Assembly (NCBI GenBank): GCA_024743355.1
Contig: JANSWS010000002.1
Location: 2,475 to 66,474, forward strand
DNA length: 64,000 nt
Direction: 5' to 3'
DNA from: a bacterium
GTDB taxonomy: Bacteria > Planctomycetota > Planctomycetia > Pirellulales > Pirellulaceae
Shown: positions 19,422 through 27,409 of the stretch, in pieces
How positions within the stretch are numbered: the stretch's first letter is position 1
Layout of the letters: every line of letters starts with the position of its first letter
Notes under the pieces: model-generated
What the model saw: only the letters and a program-made list of their open reading frames with translations
The model's database searches: none
What the model was told of the DNA's origin: nothing
Program-made: the position numbers and the translations under genes

Positions 19422-20339
19422 ATGGCGGTTACAGCGATGAAATCAAAATCTGCAACTTCACTCGTGGCTGTTTGTCTCGCGTGGTTGATGCCTGTCTGCT
19501 TATCGGGCCCTGGCGGATCGGTCTGGTGGGTGAACTCCGCCACAGCAGCCATTGTGACTTTCGAAGATGTTGGCGACGGTTTGCCCTTCGACGGCTTTTA
19601 CAATGGTGGCCCCAGCAATAACAGCGATGGCTGGTCCAGCGGTGGGGTGCAATTTGAGAATACGTTCACCGATTTTGGCGGTGGCTTCACCGGCTGGGAG
19701 GGATGGGCTTACTCCACGGTCCGCGATATAGTGACCGCCGGATTCGCCAATCAGTACGCCGCCTACTCGGCCAGCGGTACCGATGCCGGCTTCGGATCCG
19801 GGAATTCTCGTACTTATGCGCTGGCTTTTCCCGGTTCCCAGCGGAATAACAACGGAAGTGTTCTGAGTTTTGCCACCACGGTCGCGGTAGAATCCATCGA
19901 TGTGACCAACACCACCTATGCCCTGCTGGGATTGCGTGATGGAAACGACGGAGGGGCGGGTTTCGTGGCCCAATTTCAGGACGGTGATTTCTTTCGGCTC
20001 TCCATCACCGGCTTCGATGGCGCGGCGGGCAGTGGCAACCCGACGGGAAGCGTTGACGTGGAGCTGGCCAACTATGGCGGAGCTGGTGCCGACGACAATC
20101 AGATCATTGACGACTGGGTCAACGTGGATTTGAGCGGTTTGGGGCAGGTACGTTCACTGCGTTTCTCACTCGATTCGAACGTCGTCGACACCTTTGACGG
20201 GATTGCATTTCTGAATACACCATCGTACGTGGCGATCGACAATTTGAGCTTCAGCATTGTGCCTGAACCGTCCGGCTTAGGGCTGGCCATGGTCGGATGG
20301 GCAATGTTTTGCAGGCGGCGTAGCAAACGGGCAGCCTAG
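19422..20339 (+). CDS. DUF4465-like secreted protein with PEP-CTERM sorting signal
   Basis: Signal-like N-terminus. WEGWAYS...NQYAAY, VTNTTYA...DG...GDFFRLSITG and TPSYVAIDN motifs recalled as DUF4465. C-terminal VPEPSGLGLAMVGWAMFCRRRSKR. Confidence 0.8.
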   Translation: MAVTAMKSKSATSLVAVCLAWLMPVCLSGPGGSVWWVNSATAAIVTFEDVGDGLPFDGFYNGGPSNNSDGWSSGGVQFENTFTDFGGGFTGWEGWAYSTVRDIVTAGFANQYAAYSASGTDAGFGSGNSRTYALAFPGSQRNNNGSVLSFATTVAVESIDVTNTTYALLGLRDGNDGGAGFVAQFQDGDFFRLSITGFDGAAGSGNPTGSVDVELANYGGAGADDNQIIDDWVNVDLSGLGQVRSLRFSLDSNVVDTFDGIAFLNTPSYVAIDNLSFSIVPEPSGLGLAMVGWAMFCRRRSKRAA

Positions 20340-20504
20340 TCCGGATTTCTCACGTAGGCCGTCAACAAGGTCGCTAGACGGCTGCAGACCAGGAGTTTCG
20401 AAGGCTAGAGACAAGCCGCCCTGGTTCATGTGCGCAGAGTTGTCATAATCTGCCGTCATCGAAACGAATCCGTCAAACTGCCTCAGTCTGGAGCACAAGC
20501 CATC

Positions 20505-21710
20505 ATGGATATGCACGAGCTGACCCGTGAATTGCAAATTAAGAACAAGACCAAGATCGTCATGCTGGTAGGCGATGGTCTGGGCGGCTTACCGATGACC
20601 CCTGATGGGAAGACGGAACTGGAGGCGGCCGAGACACCCAATATGGACGCCTTGGCGGCCAAGGGCGTCCAGGGACTGAGCATTCCGGTCAAGCCGGGAA
20701 TCGCTCCCGGTAGCGGACCCGGACATCTGGGGCTGTTCGGCTACGATCCGCTGAAATACCAAATTGGACGTGGAGCGCTCGAGGCAACCGGTATTGGTTT
20801 CGAGATGCAGCCCGGCGATGTGGCCATACGCTGTAACTTCTGTACGCTCGACGCCGATGGGAACATTGCGGACCGTCGGGCGGGCCGGATTCCCACGGAG
20901 GAAAGTGCCCCGCTGGCAATTTCACTGCGTCAAATACAGATACCTGGCATCGAAGTCTTCGTGGAGCCCGTCAAGGAGCACCGTTTTGTGGTGGTCTTCC
21001 GCGGACCGGGATTAGGCGGAAACGTACGGGACACCGATCCCCAGGCGACGGGAGTGCCGCCGCTGGAGCCCGAAGCTGTCGATGAAGGCAGCCGCAAGAC
21101 CGCAGACGTGGCTCGGCAATTCCTGATACAAGCCCGAGAGATCCTCAAGGACGAGACCAAGGCCAACTTCCATACCATGCGAGGCTTCGCGGCTCGGCCA
21201 GATCTTCCTTCCTACGAAGAGGTTTATGGGCTCAAGGCCGCAGCCATCGCCGTATACCCGATGTACAAAGGCCTGGCACGATTGGTGGGCATGGACATCG
21301 TGGGCGAAGCCACGTCGCTCGATGAACAGATGCAAGTGCTCAAGGAGAATTGGGAAAGCTACGATTTCTTCTTCATTCACTTCAAGTACACCGACAGCAC
21401 CGGTGAAGATGGGAACTACGCCGAAAAGGTGAAACGCAGGGTGCAATTGGATGCCTGCATTCCGGCCATCACGGAACTCGGTCCCGATGTGTTGATTGTG
21501 ACTGGAGATCATTCCACGCCGGCTTACCTGAAGAGTCACAGTTGGCATCCGGTGCCCACGCTGCTGGTTTCGGATTGCTGCCGTCCCGATCCCCATACTT
21601 CGTTCGGAGAGTCGCAGGCGATCACCGGCGGTTTGGGACAGTTTGAAGCTCAGTACTTGATGCTGCTAGCCCTGTCCAACGCGGGCCGCATGGGTAAGTA
21701 CGGCGCCTAA
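20505..21710 (+). CDS. apgM: 2,3-BPG-independent phosphoglycerate mutase (ApgM type)
   Basis: DGLGG, TELEAAETPNMD, PGSGPGHLGLFGYDP and TGDHSTP motifs. Start refined from 20430. Confidence 0.92.
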   Translation: MDMHELTRELQIKNKTKIVMLVGDGLGGLPMTPDGKTELEAAETPNMDALAAKGVQGLSIPVKPGIAPGSGPGHLGLFGYDPLKYQIGRGALEATGIGFEMQPGDVAIRCNFCTLDADGNIADRRAGRIPTEESAPLAISLRQIQIPGIEVFVEPVKEHRFVVVFRGPGLGGNVRDTDPQATGVPPLEPEAVDEGSRKTADVARQFLIQAREILKDETKANFHTMRGFAARPDLPSYEEVYGLKAAAIAVYPMYKGLARLVGMDIVGEATSLDEQMQVLKENWESYDFFFIHFKYTDSTGEDGNYAEKVKRRVQLDACIPAITELGPDVLIVTGDHSTPAYLKSHSWHPVPTLLVSDCCRPDPHTSFGESQAITGGLGQFEAQYLMLLALSNAGRMGKYGA

Positions 21711-21799
21711 TCTGCCGACGATCCCAACCATATCCTTACCAGGCTCAAGCTTGCAGCCCGCGATTTGGCTAGCTCCGACTTGTCGAAGCTATGTGTTAG

Positions 21800-22750
21800 T
21801 CAGCAAGTCGTATCTCGCTTGCGGGAGCCCAGCTTGCGGACCCAGTTGGGATCGACGAAGGCGAAGTTGGCTACCATCATGATGAAGCCAAAAGTTACCA
21901 TGCCCAGTCCGAGGGCAATACCTGCATGGACGAAAACCGCCATGGCTAAGGTGAGTGGACGGGTTAGCTTGGGCCACACCAGCGCGCAGTAAAAAGTCTC
22001 CCAAAAGATAGTGGCAGCGGTCAACGTGGCAATCGTGATCCGCGATCGACCGAGCCAGGTCAGATCCATGGACTGGTATTCGTAGTTGACGATCGTGTAC
22101 CACAAAGCGCTGCCATCAAACCACATTTCGCCCCGCATCTTGCTCAGTCCACCAAATAGATAGATAACGCACAGATGCAACTGAATCAGGCGTGTGACGA
22201 CGTTGTTGGCAACGGCCCTGTCGGCGGAAGGGAACAACCAACTGGTTCCCCACCTGCGACGGAGTGATGCATCGCAGCTCCATACTGATCCGCAACGCGA
22301 CCACATGAGGTACATCGAAAGCATGACGACGATTTGATCCAAGCCAAACAGAGCCAGCGTTTGGCGATGACAGACCATCAGCGTCAAAAACCAGACCAGC
22401 GGAATGGATAAACGGGTCAGCAAGCCAAACATCATCAACAAAGCGGCGATGATGGCGACTGTCTCATGTACCAGCACCAGCGTTACGCTGTCGCTGTACC
22501 ACAACCAGCTCCAGGCCCAATCTTGCGCGTGCAATAGGCGGCTGGTGTCTCGATGAATCCAGGCATGTTCGCCGAAAAAATCGCGAGCGCGACTGGCCCA
22601 GATCAAATGCACGTAGGCCAGCATGCCGCCACAGCAGATGCGAATTACCGCCAACGTGTGCGGATACCGCGGTTGAAACCAAAAATGATTCCAGCCGGAA
22701 AATAACTGTTCGAAATACCGTTGAACGGATCCCCAGGCATATGGGCTCAT
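21800..22750 (-). CDS. HTTM-domain membrane protein (SdpB / VKG-carboxylase-like)
   Basis: Multiple TM helices, RLIQLHLCVIYLFGGLSKMRGEMWFDGSAL and FVHAGIALGLGMVTF motifs. Confidence 0.85.
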   Translation of the reverse strand: MSPYAWGSVQRYFEQLFSGWNHFWFQPRYPHTLAVIRICCGGMLAYVHLIWASRARDFFGEHAWIHRDTSRLLHAQDWAWSWLWYSDSVTLVLVHETVAIIAALLMMFGLLTRLSIPLVWFLTLMVCHRQTLALFGLDQIVVMLSMYLMWSRCGSVWSCDASLRRRWGTSWLFPSADRAVANNVVTRLIQLHLCVIYLFGGLSKMRGEMWFDGSALWYTIVNYEYQSMDLTWLGRSRITIATLTAATIFWETFYCALVWPKLTRPLTLAMAVFVHAGIALGLGMVTFGFIMMVANFAFVDPNWVRKLGSRKRDTTC

Positions 22751-23505
22751 GGCAGCTCCTCCCGGGGTGGTGGCAATGGCAGTGGAGCCGATGCCGCTGC
22801 AGGATCCGTTTCTGGCAAGGGAGCATCTGGCAACAGCATATACAGTCGGCGATCGTTCAGTCGCATCCTCTGCCGCAATACCTCGTCGTCGCTGGGCAAG
22901 CGATGTTCGACCCGATCGACCGTCACGTCCGTGGCCCCGTAGCGATGCGAGACATGGTCGATCATCGAATCACGAACCATTTCAAATCGCCTTCGATCCG
23001 CTTGCCAATCGTTCAGCAGGCCCGGGTCGATGTCGCCGGCGATCTGCGGATCTAGCGGAGGCGCCCAAAGCTGATGCAAGTTCTCAGCCATCATGAAATG
23101 CCGGTGATAGAGCAAGCGTGGCCATTGTGCTTGTCGGTCGGGAAAACGCAGCGTTGCTCTGTCGCCGTCCTCTAGCGTAAGTCCACACTCGATCAGATGG
23201 CTCGGCCCAGGCTCAGGGGCAAAGAAAAAATAGCCATGATTCAAATAGGCAAACTCAATCCAGGGTGCCAAGGCGCGCCGCGGCGGATCCGAAATCGGCG
23301 AAGTGCCTCGCGGGCTGCGGGTGAAAAATCGAAAAGGCTCGGCAACAACAGCCAGCAGCTGAATCAAAATCAGACCACTCAAGATCCACCGCAACGCCGC
23401 GGAAGGCAGAGTTGCCGCGGATTCCAGCTCCGATGGATCGTCTTTCGATGAGGGCTGAGGGCTTGGCCCGTCTGAGGCCTGCGTAGACCTGGTCTTTTTT
23501 CGCAT
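22747..23505 (-). CDS. HTTM partner protein (SdpA/DUF5819-like)
   Basis: One TM helix and a GYFFFAPEPGP motif. The stop overlaps the HTTM start (ATGA-type coupling). Confidence 0.6.
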   Translation of the reverse strand: MRKKTRSTQASDGPSPQPSSKDDPSELESAATLPSAALRWILSGLILIQLLAVVAEPFRFFTRSPRGTSPISDPPRRALAPWIEFAYLNHGYFFFAPEPGPSHLIECGLTLEDGDRATLRFPDRQAQWPRLLYHRHFMMAENLHQLWAPPLDPQIAGDIDPGLLNDWQADRRRFEMVRDSMIDHVSHRYGATDVTVDRVEHRLPSDDEVLRQRMRLNDRRLYMLLPDAPLPETDPAAASAPLPLPPPREELP

Positions 23506-23651
23506 CGGGATAGCCTGGCTCGGAAGGGATCGTTTTCAATGGCGGGAGATACGAGCGGCTTGCCTGGTCGCGAAATCCAGCCGTGGCGTCGCCTCCGTTC
23601 ATGGGCAATCGCCCAATGTCGTCCCTTCTAGCCTGGGATGCAACTGCAAAT

Positions 23652-23679
23652 AAAAAACCCCTGCTGGGTGGCAGGGGTT
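23652..23679 (-). terminator. Intrinsic terminator downstream of the TIGR03000 gene
   Basis: 9-bp stem AACCCCTGC/GCAGGGGTT with a 6-nt loop and a T-run on the minus strand. Confidence 0.8.
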
Positions 23680-23686
23680 GTGCTTA

Positions 23687-23756
23687 AGAATCCATCCGAA
23701 AACCATAAGCCGCCTTGGCGTTAACCGCGGTTCTCTTCGGTTTTCGGATAGGCTCC
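23687..23756. mobile_element. 70-bp MITE-like element, copy 2 (inverted relative to copy 1)
   Basis: TIRs AGAATCCATCCGAAAACC / GGTTTTCGGATAGGCTCC. Same length as and about 81% identical to 150-219. Confidence 0.65.
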
Positions 23757-23783
23757 AGATATCGCTATGTGCGGCGTGCGGAG

Positions 23784-24887
23784 TTAACGTGAAGCCAACT
23801 TGTCAGCCGACTCGTCGAAGGCAAAGGTCAACTGGAGTTGATCTCCGCCAATCAAGCGAATGGTGCGACTCTTTACTTCGTCGCCCAGACGAACCGTTAC
23901 CTGGTATTCATCCCAAACATCGCCGGGAGACAACTGAGTGGTGCGGTAAGTGCGTTTGGCTCCCACTGCATTGGTTTGATTGCCGCCCAGCTCCACTTGG
24001 GCGCCCTCGGGAACGTTCAAAACCAATTCGGTTTGAATCGGCTTGTTGTAGTCCGAAAATGCAAACTGCACATTTTCGCTGTCGCCCGCGGATGCGACCA
24101 ACGTCTTCGTCTCGACCATGGGCTCGCCATCGGCGGCCGTCAATTCCGCACGCACTTCAAACTTGTAGCTCTTGCCGACTTCCAGGCCGCGGCTGACGAA
24201 CTGACGCAGCGTTCCCGAGCTGGTGGTGGCTTTTCCGTTAACAAAGACCCTGGCGTCGGCCGGTACTGCAACCGTCAAGTACACCTCGTCACCATCCACG
24301 TCGGCGGCGAAGGACGACATACTAGCGGCGGAACGCGTGGATGCTCCGTAGTAGGTGGAGCCGACGCTGCCATAAGAGGTACCGCTGCTGCCGTAAGACG
24401 ATCCACTGCTACCGTAACTGACGGAAGCAGAATATCCGCTGGAACCGTAGCTGCTGGAGTAGGAGCCTGAGCTTCCGCCCGAAGAGCCGTAACTCGAATA
24501 TCCGCTTGAGCCGTAGCTATGGCCTGAGCTGCCGTATCCGCTACTGCCGTAGGAGGAATAACGCGCCGCGCGTCGAGCCGCATGACGAGCCCTCTTGGCT
24601 GCAATATGAGCATGCAGCCGAGCACCTAAGCCAATGTGTCCCGAAGAACCCAAGCTGGTATAGCCGCTGCTTCCATACGACGAATAGCCGCTGCTGCCGT
24701 AAGAGGCTGCATAACCACTACTTCCGTAACCGCTGCTGCCGTAGCCACTGCTGCCATAGCCCGCAGCGTAAGCTCCGCTGGAACCGCCGTAGAGATGCCC
24801 CCAACCAGCTTGCACCAGATCGGGCGAGGCCAAAAGCATGACTCCCATCATCAAAGGAGCCGTATACCGCAGGGATGTGTACTTCAT
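23784..24887 (-). CDS. Secreted TIGR03000-domain protein with Gly/Ser/Tyr-rich repeat region
   Basis: Signal peptide, about 15 GSSG repeats, then VYLTVAVPADARVFVNGKATTSSGTLRQFVSRGLEVGKSYKFEVRAE and a second similar domain. Confidence 0.88.
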   Translation of the reverse strand: MKYTSLRYTAPLMMGVMLLASPDLVQAGWGHLYGGSSGAYAAGYGSSGYGSSGYGSSGYAASYGSSGYSSYGSSGYTSLGSSGHIGLGARLHAHIAAKRARHAARRAARYSSYGSSGYGSSGHSYGSSGYSSYGSSGGSSGSYSSSYGSSGYSASVSYGSSGSSYGSSGTSYGSVGSTYYGASTRSAASMSSFAADVDGDEVYLTVAVPADARVFVNGKATTSSGTLRQFVSRGLEVGKSYKFEVRAELTAADGEPMVETKTLVASAGDSENVQFAFSDYNKPIQTELVLNVPEGAQVELGGNQTNAVGAKRTYRTTQLSPGDVWDEYQVTVRLGDEVKSRTIRLIGGDQLQLTFAFDESADKLASR

Positions 24888-25117
24888 GTTTGCAATTCTC
24901 CGTGAGCCCGCGAGGGCGAAGCGACCTGTAGTTCGCGCGAGTAAACAATTGCCGCACCTAACTCACCACTAGCATATCTGCTGGTTACTGCGGTTCAAGC
25001 AGACTGCGTAGAATTTGATGGATAGTAAGCCGCGGAAAGATCTAGAGAAAACGTAGCTTTTTCTTGCGGGTTTGCGCTTGTGTAGTTCCTCTAAAATACC
25101 AAGATTGTGCGATGCCG

Positions 25118-25299
25118 CACGCTTTGGCAAGCGTAGCTACCTTCGCCAGAAGGTGGTCTTGCCTCAACCACGCTTTGGCAAGCGTAGCTACCTTCACCAG
25201 AAGGTGGGCTTGCCTCAACCACGCTTTGGCAAGCGTAGCTACCTTCGCCAGAAGGTGGTCTTGCCCAACCACGCTTTGGCAAGCGTGGTTACCTTAGCG
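25118..25299. repeat. Tandem array (about 3.6 x 51 bp) of GTAG-type REP doublets
   Basis: Unit CACGCTTTGGCAAGCGTAGCTACCTTCGCCAGAAGGTGGTCTTGCCTCAAC starts at 25118, 25169 and 25220, with a partial copy at 25270. Confidence 0.9.
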
Positions 25300-26598
25300 A
25301 CCAAGGGGTTCCACTCGGACGTCGTCAAAGGCCGCAGAACCGGTAGCACCAAATAACCCGATGGACACGATGGCAAAGCGCGAGGCGGGCGGAACTCGAA
25401 AAATCCGACTCTCACGTTTCCACGGGCGGGTCCCGCTAAAAGAACCCAAGAATTGAGTTCCCAGCATTTCTCGCTGCTCGTCGTAATACCGGATGGTGAC
25501 AGCGGGCAGTTCTTCTCGGCCGAGTCCGCGTTGAACATCATTCGTCTTGACGGTCGCAGACAGTCGGATTCGAGGGACCTGGCGACCATCCAAGGCGACA
25601 CCTTGGATGAGCGTTGCTGGCCGGCCAGACACGTCATTGTCAAAGGCTACGTGATGCTGGCCCTCAGGACTGTCTCCTTCGATCCAGCTTAGTTGGCGTT
25701 GGTAATACCAACCTGGAATGAAACCGTTCTCGGGTGGTTGCTCCTCAAAACTTCCGTTGAGTAATTGCGGTTGAGCGGGGTCTCCTTCCACCTGACGTTG
25801 GTCTTCCGCCGTCCCGGTCATGGGAACAAATAGCGTTGGACGAAGGGCTTCACGCTCAAGTTGGTCGCCTTTCTTGCGCATCAAGTACAGGGTTTGCTGG
25901 TAGCGTTCGCCCACAGGAATGATGATCAGCCCACCATCGGCCAATTGATCGATCAAAGGTTGCGGCACATCTTCTGGGCTGCAGGTAACAATGATCCGGT
26001 CGAAGGGTGCGTGCTCAGGCCAGCCTTGAAAGCCGTCGCCTATTTTCGTGAAAACGTTTCGGTATCCCAATGAATTCAAGACTTGCCGGGCTTTCGTGCC
26101 CAGTTCAGCCACAATCTCGATCGAATACACCTCTTTGACCAAGGGGCTCAAAATGGCTGCCTGGTATCCGCTGCCCGTACCGATCTCCAAGACCTTGTGT
26201 TCCGGCTCCGTTTTCAACTCTTGCGTCATGAGCGCTACGATGAACGGGCTGCTGATTGTCTGCGATGCGCCGATTGGCAGCGAAATATCGAAATAGGCGC
26301 GATTTCGCTGGCTGGGGGGGACGAACTCGTGACGCGGCGTATTGCGAACGGCAGTCAGAACTCTTTCGTCATGGACTCCGCTGGGAATCAACACATCCTG
26401 GATCAGACGTTCGCGAAGCTCACTGTAGTTGGTGAAGGGAGGTAGTCCTGCCTGGCCAAAAAGCGAAGGAATGCAAGACAGATGCCAGAGCAGCAGGCCC
26501 AACCATACCGGGAATCGAAGCCGAGCATTTTCAGAATTTCGATTGGCACGAGTCGGGTTCCATCGGTTTCCGACCAGATCTTTACAATGCATTCTCAT
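25294..26598 (-). CDS. pcm: Protein-L-isoaspartate O-methyltransferase with C-terminal carbohydrate-binding-like beta-sandwich domain
   Basis: PRHEFVP, QTISSPFIVALMT, VLEIGTGSGYQAAIL, GDGFQGWPEHAPFDRII and FVPMTG motifs. C-terminal LLNGSFEE...FDDVRVE. Start uncertain (track start 26718). Confidence 0.9.
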   Translation of the reverse strand: MRMHCKDLVGNRWNPTRANRNSENARLRFPVWLGLLLWHLSCIPSLFGQAGLPPFTNYSELRERLIQDVLIPSGVHDERVLTAVRNTPRHEFVPPSQRNRAYFDISLPIGASQTISSPFIVALMTQELKTEPEHKVLEIGTGSGYQAAILSPLVKEVYSIEIVAELGTKARQVLNSLGYRNVFTKIGDGFQGWPEHAPFDRIIVTCSPEDVPQPLIDQLADGGLIIIPVGERYQQTLYLMRKKGDQLEREALRPTLFVPMTGTAEDQRQVEGDPAQPQLLNGSFEEQPPENGFIPGWYYQRQLSWIEGDSPEGQHHVAFDNDVSGRPATLIQGVALDGRQVPRIRLSATVKTNDVQRGLGREELPAVTIRYYDEQREMLGTQFLGSFSGTRPWKRESRIFRVPPASRFAIVSIGLFGATGSAAFDDVRVEPLGR

Positions 26599-26868
26599 CT
26601 CGCTGACTTGGCATTCGGCGGATTGGCAACTCTCCCAACAACCGTCAAATCTTAGCACACGCATGACTCTTCGAGGTTCGGGGTAACCGTTAGAATCTGC
26701 ACAGCGAGAGCTGGTCAAGCGGCATAAACGCTACGATCTTAAAGCGTGCTGTCCGCATTAAGAGGTCTTGGACGCAGAAGCCGATAAACACAATTAACGT
26801 AACGCCGGTACCAGCAGTCGGGAAGCCTGCGGGGGCAAACTTCAATTTCATCAAGCGGATGGATTCGC

Positions 26869-27375
26869 ATGACCAGCAATTTTCGATACGCGCTTCTGGC
26901 GGCCTTGATGGCGTCTAGCCTCTGTGTTCCGTCGGTCCTGGCCGGAGAGCCTGTTCTTTTGCATCGCACGGAGCGGCCCACACTTAATCCTTACGATGGC
27001 GACCCGCGCCCGGATATACTCCCCTACTACATTCATCACCGAATTCCAGAGTATCGACGCGTCTACAACCGTCCGCGCTTTTGGGGAGGGTTCATTGCTC
27101 ACGTGATCGAGCCGACCAGCCAGGAGGCAATGGCCTGGGAAGAGAATCTTCATGCGGGGGCCTACGACGGTAAGCACTGTCCGCCACGCTACAAGCGTTA
27201 CTTTGCCCCCAAGCCTTGGGAGGTCCTGCAGACTTCTTCGCGGCCGGACTTTCCAGAGCGGGAGGCGCTCGTTCCCAGTGCGTCCGAGCTCGAGGAGCAA
27301 GCCACAGACGCTGCGGTGGAAGTCTTGGAAACGCCCGACGAAACGGTGCCGGGTGTACTGCGGTACGATCAATGA
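26869..27375 (+). CDS. Hypothetical secreted protein
   Basis: Signal-peptide-like N-terminus, 168 aa, fills the gap between pcm and bioA. No family recognised. Confidence 0.7.
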   Translation: MTSNFRYALLAALMASSLCVPSVLAGEPVLLHRTERPTLNPYDGDPRPDILPYYIHHRIPEYRRVYNRPRFWGGFIAHVIEPTSQEAMAWEENLHAGAYDGKHCPPRYKRYFAPKPWEVLQTSSRPDFPEREALVPSASELEEQATDAAVEVLETPDETVPGVLRYDQ

Positions 27376-27409
27376 TATTCGCCAGAGCAAGACTTGCTAA
27401 AAGATGACT

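Noticed and set aside
21800-24887. TIGR03000 gene and HTTM pair as one operon
   Set aside because: A strong intrinsic terminator at 23652-23679 separates them. A substrate link remains speculative.
25118-25299. CRISPR array
   Set aside because: The units are nearly identical along their full length with no unique spacers, and no cas genes are nearby. The structure fits REP doublets.
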